From Hydrurus foetidus (taxonomy: Eukaryota), in the NCBI GenBank assembly GCA_900617105.1, contig UYFQ01000510.1:62001-97745 (forward strand): DNA of 35,745 nt. The letters are read 5' to 3'. The notes under the pieces were generated by a model. The model made no database searches. It had not been told where the DNA came from and saw only the letters and a list, made by a program, of their open reading frames with translations. The position numbers and the translations under genes are program-made. Of this stretch, positions 29,101 through 35,745 are shown piece by piece. Every line of letters begins with the position of its first letter. The stretch's first letter is position 1.

Positions 29101-32100
29101 TCCCATCATGGTTGCACCAGAAAGCATCTCAGCGAACAGCTCTTCCGACCCCCTATTGGCCGTGGCCGGGGGCACCCGGTCCGTCCGGTCATGGAGGAAC
29201 GAACTCATAGACGCATGTATTGTACGTACGCTCAAGATTGCATCACGTACGGCTCCTTCGCCTAGTGTCCCCCAGGTTAGGGGAGAGAGCTTGTTGAAAG
29301 TTCTGTCTGTGGATGTGCTGTTCAATCAGGTGAGGGAGATGCTGTCACAGAGAAGTGGACTGATCGCCACAGCGGAGGACATCACACGCAGAGCAGAGCG
29401 ACTCGTTGCAGCGGGTGTTATCAAGAAGATCAACGGCAAGAGCGAGTCATTCAGATGTGTGTCTTACAGCTATTTCGCAGAAGACGATGAAGACGTGCCC
29501 TTGAAATCCGTGAATATTGGAATTTCCGTTTCTAGGGTTGAAGATCCTGGATCGAATCTAAAATCTGTTGTGCAGATTCTTCCGAAGAGAACAGATGGAT
29601 CAGAAACAAGAACAGGGGGAGGAGATGGAACAGGAGGAGGGGAGGGAAATGGTGTGGTGGGGGAAGATCTGTATCATCACCTACGCAGCATTTTGGGCAT
29701 TAAAAAGCTCCCTGAAAACACTCCTGGTATTTCAAAGCAGCTGTTTATTCGGAAGTTCATCGAATGGATAGGCTCCACACAATGCACCGCACTGAAGAGA
29801 CCGGCTCCTTTCAAGCCTTCAGCAACGTCATCCTTCTCCTCATCGCTCTCATCCACTGCAGGGGCTGGATACACCCCTGCCGCACCTTTTTCAAGCCCCT
29901 CAAAATCCGGATTCTCCACCCAAGGTCTCTCTCTCTCAAGTGCGTCATCAAGTCTGTCTACTGTGTTTGTAGAATTCAAACCTTGGAGTGACCAGCAGCA
30001 CAACCGCAGTGCTAAGATGCAGCAGTTGAAAAGGTCTCCTGAACCTCCATTTACGAAGACAGTATTCACGCTGGATATACTGAGCACACTGTTGGTGCGG
30101 TTGATGCGACTGGCGAGAGAGCAGCTAGAAGCGCTGCAAAGACAGCATCTAGAAGGGCTGGAGTACTCCCACTCCGCTGTACGCTCTATGCAGCAGTATC
30201 CACCCCCTCCAACAGTCAGCCTGTTGAAGAAAGACCCCGTCATTGGAGCGCTGAACAAAGATAGGAAAACACACACAGTAGAGCAGAGCAACGAGGAAGA
30301 AAAAGAGGAGGTGGACGTGTATCGCAAGTCAAAGAGAAGTCTCTCTGAAAGAATCTTCCACGACAGTCTTAGCAAGTACGACTTGAAGTTGAAGTCACTG
30401 GACTTAGAGGATGAATCCAAGAAACTCCCCTTGGACATCTGCAAAGTCGCTCTTGATTATCTGCCTGTAGGGGTGATACGGGTACTTCTCAACGCCTTCC
30501 GCCTCACCACTGGTCTCGCTGCGAAGGACTATGAGTCACTTGATAACCTGCTATTTCACAACACCTTGAGAGATGAAGTCGCGTGCACTATAATTGCCGA
30601 TGCTGACATACGCGACAAGTGCCGCGCCCAAATAATGTCGGACATAGAGGATCTTAGGGCCTATATCGGATGTCCCGTAGAGCTGATTGTGAGGGACGAA
30701 GTGCCTCTAGAGGTGTGGCCACTGCTGCGACCTTCACTCTCCACCCGCATCACGGGAAAGACAGCGGGTCTACCGGACACATTCCCTGTCCCTCTACCGC
30801 ATTCAACCGGAATAGCCCTTAAACCCTCCGGGTTCAGATCGGTGTATTCTTTGGGAGCATCTAGATCGGTTAGCAAGTCTGTGTGGGAAGCACCCACACC
30901 CTTGGTTACTGTACCCTTCACTAGTGGCTTCCCTCGCCCTTCAGAACAAATTCTGGAATCTAATAGAGATGTGGGTACATGGTCCACACCACCTGATAGA
31001 ACTATGGGTGGCCGTTTCGCTGACGGGACATTTGGCCGGTCTGACGGCCTAGACGGCCGCAGCTCGGTGGATTCGCATACTGAAACTATAGAGAAAATTG
31101 GAGAGGAATGTCAAGTGCTGATGTTCGATGATTTCGTTGCGGCTGCTCTAGCTGCTTCCCTGAACGGTGCTCATACAGACATCCCTCATGGTCCCAGTGA
31201 GGGTGCAACTAATGGGGATCTGAAGACAAGCAGTGGAATGGCCCCACACAGATTAGATGGATCGAAGAAGAGAAGTCTGTCGGTTTCATCAATCTTCCCT
31301 CCCTCCATCCCAAGCACACACCTCCCATCACTATCATCTCACTCATCTCTGTCCCAACATAATGAAGCACGTAAAGGAGTCGCTGCTGAAGGTGACTCCA
31401 GAGGGACAAGTGATGTTCTTTCTACGAAGACTAAGTCGTTAGGGGAAGTGCTGGTTGAAGATTTTCTCGAAGACATGTGCAGGGGTGTGATGGCTCTGTT
31501 CGCATCTCAGACATTGGCTGCCTACATGGCAGACACACATAGTGAGTCAGATCAGCTACAACAAGAGACAGAGAAGGGGGTAGAGGGAGTGCAAGGGACA
31601 ATGGGAGGTGAGCAGGGACAGGAGACAGGGGGTGATCATATGACCCCCGTAGGGACGCATTCTCAGGAACCTATGTTGCCATGTGAATTCTGCCACGAGT
31701 TGATACGCCTAGCAGTGCTTGAGATCCATCAGTTGGAATGCGGGTCCAGCAGGGGTGAGATAAGCAGAAGAGATAGGGTGCGTCAGTACAATGCTATTCC
31801 TCTGAGACCCATTCAGCTCCCAGTGATGGAAGAGGACAGCGATGATGAGGATGAGAGCGAGAGTGGCGGCATAGAGGACGCTGGTAGGCCAATTATTAAT
31901 CGCACATAATCTGCATTTAAATATTTGTATAAAGCATCCTTCAGTAGCATACTAACCAATGTCGCGTTGCATTTTAGTGCATCCAGATGAAGGCGAGCAC
32001 TTGTACATGACCGAAGACGAGGGGGAGGAGGAGGACGGGCTATTCAGAGAGCTGCTCCATGACGCACAGGAGCAGCCTCAAGATAACTCAGATCTCCTTG

Positions 32101-33554
32101 GGGAAGGGGCAGGGAGGGCGAGAGAAGGGGCGCGCAGACTCATAACACCTCCTCCCAGGATCAGAAATAGAGACAGGAGCAGGGATAGAGATAGGGAGAG
32201 AAACAGAAACAGGAGGAATGACAACTACAGGTGCAGTCATTGTGGTACTCTTTTTCTCTGTGTCAGTAGTCCATGAATAGAAAGGGCCGCAGAATAGCGC
32301 TGCATGCTTTACTCAGTACACTTCACATCACATAGCATGCTCTGTTGAGTCCGTCCCTCACACTCTTCATTTCAACACATTCTCTCCTCTACTATGCTCT
32401 GCTCTGCTCTCTCTAATATTCTCTTCGATTTCTCCTTGTCCCTTCTCTCTCTCTGAAGGATGCACCGCAGAGTGATCGACAGCAGCGGCAGAAATCTCAT
32501 CGACCATCCAGCAGAAGTAAGTGCACACAGTTGTAATTGCGATGTGATGTACTGCGCCGTACTATACTGCATACTAATGTGACGAAATGTGATGTGATGT
32601 GATGTGATGCGACATGATGCGCTGTAATGTAGCACGATATGATTTAATGTAAGGCAACGCGACATAGTGTAATGCGATTCGATTTGATACAGCGCGACTT
32701 GATGTAATGTCGTGCATTTGTTCTCATATGCATCTACGATATGATGACTTCGTGACGCCCAACTTCTTCAACGTCAACTTCTTCGGATCTTGTGGAGACA
32801 TTAACGAATTCATCCACAAGTTCCTGCATAGCATTGCGTCTCATATCCTGTCATCTTTTCTTTTCTCGTCTACTGTATCGCCACGCCTAGAACACACTAC
32901 CTTCAGCTCTTCACATACTTGAATTTATGTTAATTAGCTCTTGCTCATCTTTTTTATGCAATGTCTGCGCTGTTTTGCCACCCGCTGCAATTGCTCTACT
33001 CTACCATCGTGTAAGATAGAGTTGAGATTGCCTAGACAGATCATATTCTCTGCCACACTTCACTGGAAGCAACAAATCGGCCGCACTGACTCAACTGTAA
33101 CTCTACCACTGTGTTTCCAGACCACTTTGCGAGACGCTGCTTGTGAGGCGGAAGCAGCATCAGCGGTGGAGAAGGCGAAGGCCAAGAGGAGGATGACGAA
33201 CTTGCTCTTCAAGTGCGATGCAGCGCACAGCAGTGAGGTGCTCAACTCCCTAGTCATCAAGCTGCTCGATGCGACAGCCTCATCCTCCTCTTCAAAGCAT
33301 CGCTCTCCCTCCCATCTGGACTCCAAGACACGCAGCTTGAGGGACGACCAGCTGTCACCTTCACTGTCACCATCACTATCACTCTCTAGTGTTCTGAGTG
33401 ACGTATTCCGTACTTTGGATACGGACAATGACGGGTTCCTCACCGCCTCCGACTTCTCATCGCAAGGTGCGTACGTACGTGCGTACGTCTGTCTGTCTGT
33501 CTATCTATTAGTCTGTCTATTAGTCTGTCTGTCTGCCTGTCTGTCCGTCTATAA

Positions 33555-33600
<46 letters not shown>

Positions 33601-33671
33601 TAGTCTGTCTATTAGTCTGTCTATTAGTCTGTCTATTAGTCTGTCTATTAGTCTGTCTATTAGTCTGTCTA

Positions 33672-33734
<63 letters not shown>

Positions 33735-35745
33735 GTCTGTCTGTCTGTCCCTCCTCACCACCCACCGGCTCACTCGCAGCGAAAATTGATATGGCATACA
33801 ACGAAGTACTTTGCATCAAGACAGCCTATGACTTCTTTCCTTTCCTCTCGCTACACTTCCTTTCCCTGCACTGCACTGCGCTATGCAGAGCCCAGTTACG
33901 CAGACATAAAGCACCAAGTGGAGCCCTCTCTCCTGTACTCCCCTGGGGGTAGGGAACGATCCCGCAGCAGCATATCTGTCTCTTCCTCCTCCAGTCCCTG
34001 CGTCTCTGCCACCAACGCTGCTAGTGCCAAGAGCCCTGAGCCGTTTGACACGGTGTACGTGGCCAATTGTAAGTCAGTGCAGCTGCCTTGTTGCTTCCAG
34101 TCAAGTGCGTCAGAGAATATGATCAGTCTAGGCAGTCCTAAAAACAGCAGCGCAGTTACAATGGACCGCAGAAAGTTCAAGTTGATGAGAATAGGTGTTG
34201 TACCTCATTGCATAGGAGAGGATTCCGATGACGAACTAAACGTCCCCCCTGCCCCTGCGATGAGAAAAGTGAATTCCCTGTGGGGCAGTCTTTCGAACGA
34301 GAAGGTGCAACCTCCCTCTGACTGCAGCAGATCAGTGCTGGGCTGGGTGGGCACCAGTGACGAGTTAGCAGAGGTGGTGCACAGCACTAGGGAGGTGGTT
34401 GACGAGTCGGCACACACCACTGCCATACTGCTGCTGCACTACAGCTGGGACGCAAAGACCCTCATAGAGGACTACCTAGAGAACAGAAAGGCAGTCAGAG
34501 CGAAGGCGGGACTGGGACCGAGAACCCTGCCCCCCTTCCTCAGATACGACTACTTCCAGACAGTGGATCAACCGACTGCAGGGGCGGACACACCGCTGTA
34601 CAGGGGACCCTCCCACGACCCTGACCTGATAGGTCACGGGTATGGCGGCTTCCATCCCATACGGTCTGAGAGTAGATGTGTCTCCCCTCCTCTTGTCTTG
34701 AGTGTCGAGTGCGGTATTTGTCTGGACAGTGTACCAGCGGAAGAGGCGTACGCTCTCAACTGCAAGCACTGGTTCTGTACAGATTGCTGGCGAGGCTACT
34801 TGCAGTCATCCATAGGAGGAACAGGGGGTGGAGGAGGAGGTGGTGTCTTCCCCCTCTGCCCTGCGTCGAAGTGCCGCATGCTGGTCCCTCTCGATCTACC
34901 GGAGATGCTAGGGCCTCCTGAGCTGTATCAAGACGCCTACAGAGCTCTTTTAAAAGCCTTTGTAGAGCAGCAGCGACTAGGCAAGCAGGGCATAGCAACG
35001 TACTGCAAGAATCCCAGAGGCTGTAATGGGATAGTGCTTCTTGCTGATGATGCTGGAGGCAGTCAGGCCTCTTGCTCGCTGTGCGACTGCTCCTTCTGCG
35101 CTCTATGCGACCTACCTCCCCATGCCCCTGCATCGTGTGAACTCGTGGCTAGGTGGGAGGAGAAGGGAGGGTATCTTGAGACCGGCAGGGACTCTGACGT
35201 GGAGGCGAGGAAAGTGAAGCACCTCACCACTCGACCTTGTCCCAGGTGTGGTGTGCGTATTGAGAAGAACGGAGGGTGCCCTCACATGACCTGCGTGCAA
35301 CCATCCTGCAAATACGAGGTACGATAGCACAGTAGAAAGTATACTGCATCCTTTCCTCACCTGTTCTTACTCTATTAATTTTTCCTCATAATTTGACTTC
35401 TCTTGTGCAACTCTTCGTGCTTCAGTTTTGCTGGGAGTGCGGCGGACCATTTCACACAGTAGTGTCCTGCTCTCGACCCCGTATAGTGGCTGATGCGGGA
35501 TCCATCCTCGCATTTGATGATCTTGACAAGAAGTGCGCCAGTCACTTCCTCTCCCGTCAAGTGGCCCAGAAGGGCAGGCATAGGTGCCTTCGACTGCTCG
35601 CTAAGTGCAACGGAAGGAATGTAGATGCGTTAGAGTCGGGGCACAACACACGGGTGGGACTCAGAGTAAGAGCAATCACCTCAAGCAGTTGTAACGAGGA
35701 GTGCAGAGATGAGTGCGACAGCGCTGCTGTGCTCTCTGTGAAGGC
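23116..35745 (+). CDS. Giant (>3,400 aa) cullin-Ariadne RBR fusion E3 ubiquitin ligase (CUL9/PARC-like architecture); start uncertain, 3' end beyond the window
   Basis: Phase-consistent GT-AG exons 23116-23250, 23362-24876, 24989-25983, 26519-27694, 27778-31883, 31978-32230, 32459-32516, 33121-33466, 33889-35318, 35426->35745; possible first exon 23017-23064. Cullin motifs: 'FQHFYEMLLARRLL...EREMIKLL...MIK|DIEQT...FTVHVVAGGVWP...RRLIWCH...QATVILAF...LTVRQI', and winged-helix 'WRNELIDACIVRTLK'. Ariadne RBR motifs: UBA-like 'ILLLHYSWD', RING1, IBR and RING2 'CPRCGVRIEKNGGCPHMTC...YE|FCWEC'. Confidence 0.8.
26020..26149. mobile_element. ~130 bp MITE-like element with 27 bp perfect inverted ends, intronic
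   Basis: TATTACCAGGACAGAATAAAATGTCCA (26020-26046) and its exact reverse complement (26123-26149); the outer TA can be read as a target duplication. Confidence 0.7.
27570..29475 (+). other. Cullin homology domain plus neddylation winged-helix region within the giant gene
   Basis: 'FYEMLLARRLL' matches the cullin FY.x.LAKRLL motif. 'VVAGGVWP' and 'RRLIWCH' match the RBX1-binding region. 'IDACIVRTLK' matches IxAAIVRIMK, with Lys codon AAG at 29234-29236. Confidence 0.85.
33487..33749. repeat. (TCTG)n microsatellite with embedded 12-mer higher-order repeat (TTAGTCTGTCTA)n, intronic
   Basis: Direct reading; lies between donor 33467 and acceptor 33888. Confidence 0.95.
34400..35480 (+). other. 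Ariadne-family RBR module (UBA-like, RING1, IBR, RING2/Rcat)
   Basis: RING1 CGIC..CKHWFCTDC..CPASKC; IBR CKNPRGC..CSLCDCSFCALCDLPPHAPASC; RING2 CPRC..IEKNGGCPHMTC..C|FCWEC..H..C. Catalytic Cys codon TGC at 35277-35279. Confidence 0.92.

Noticed and set aside
24312..30444. Long antisense ORFs (24312-24974, 25426-26013, 29677-30444)
   Set aside because: Shadow frames of large exons of the cullin-RBR gene with no independent motifs.
32707..32922. Short ORF as an extra exon
   Set aside because: Exons 32459-32516 and 33121-33466 already join in phase, and I found no convincing splice sites or domain content.
23116..35745. Assigning the symbol CUL9 or ARIH1
   Set aside because: The architecture is similar but orthology is unproven, and no DOC or clear CPH sequence match is visible.

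Overview
Eukaryotic, intron-rich nuclear DNA with GT-AG introns, many filled with 4-5 bp microsatellites. A stramenopile/ochrophyte-like protist is my guess from gene content and style; the sequence cannot prove it. I spliced five protein genes by hand. (1) A minus-strand gene of unknown function with an IQ-like C-terminal region, running off the left edge (4647 to <419). (2) An 11-exon DENND4/Crag-like Rab GEF with MABP-like, DENN, PPR and conserved C-terminal regions (14648-5622). (3) A secreted or Golgi GT31/Fringe-like glycosyltransferase (17743-16053). (4) A single-pass membrane PH-domain protein (21139-20600). (5) A >3,400-aa plus-strand gene (~23116 to >35745) whose exons join in frame to fuse a cullin C-terminal module, with the neddylation-site Lys retained, to a complete Ariadne-type RBR E3 ligase. 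It also carries a Tudor-like domain, a C2HC zinc finger and an EF-hand. This is a CUL9/PARC-like cullin-RBR architecture far from vertebrates and is the main candidate discovery. Between genes 2 and 4 lie a ~1 kb TIR element with a truncated AT-hook/psq-type HTH ORF and a composite local duplication whose edge abuts that element. Two short intronic inverted-repeat elements are also present.
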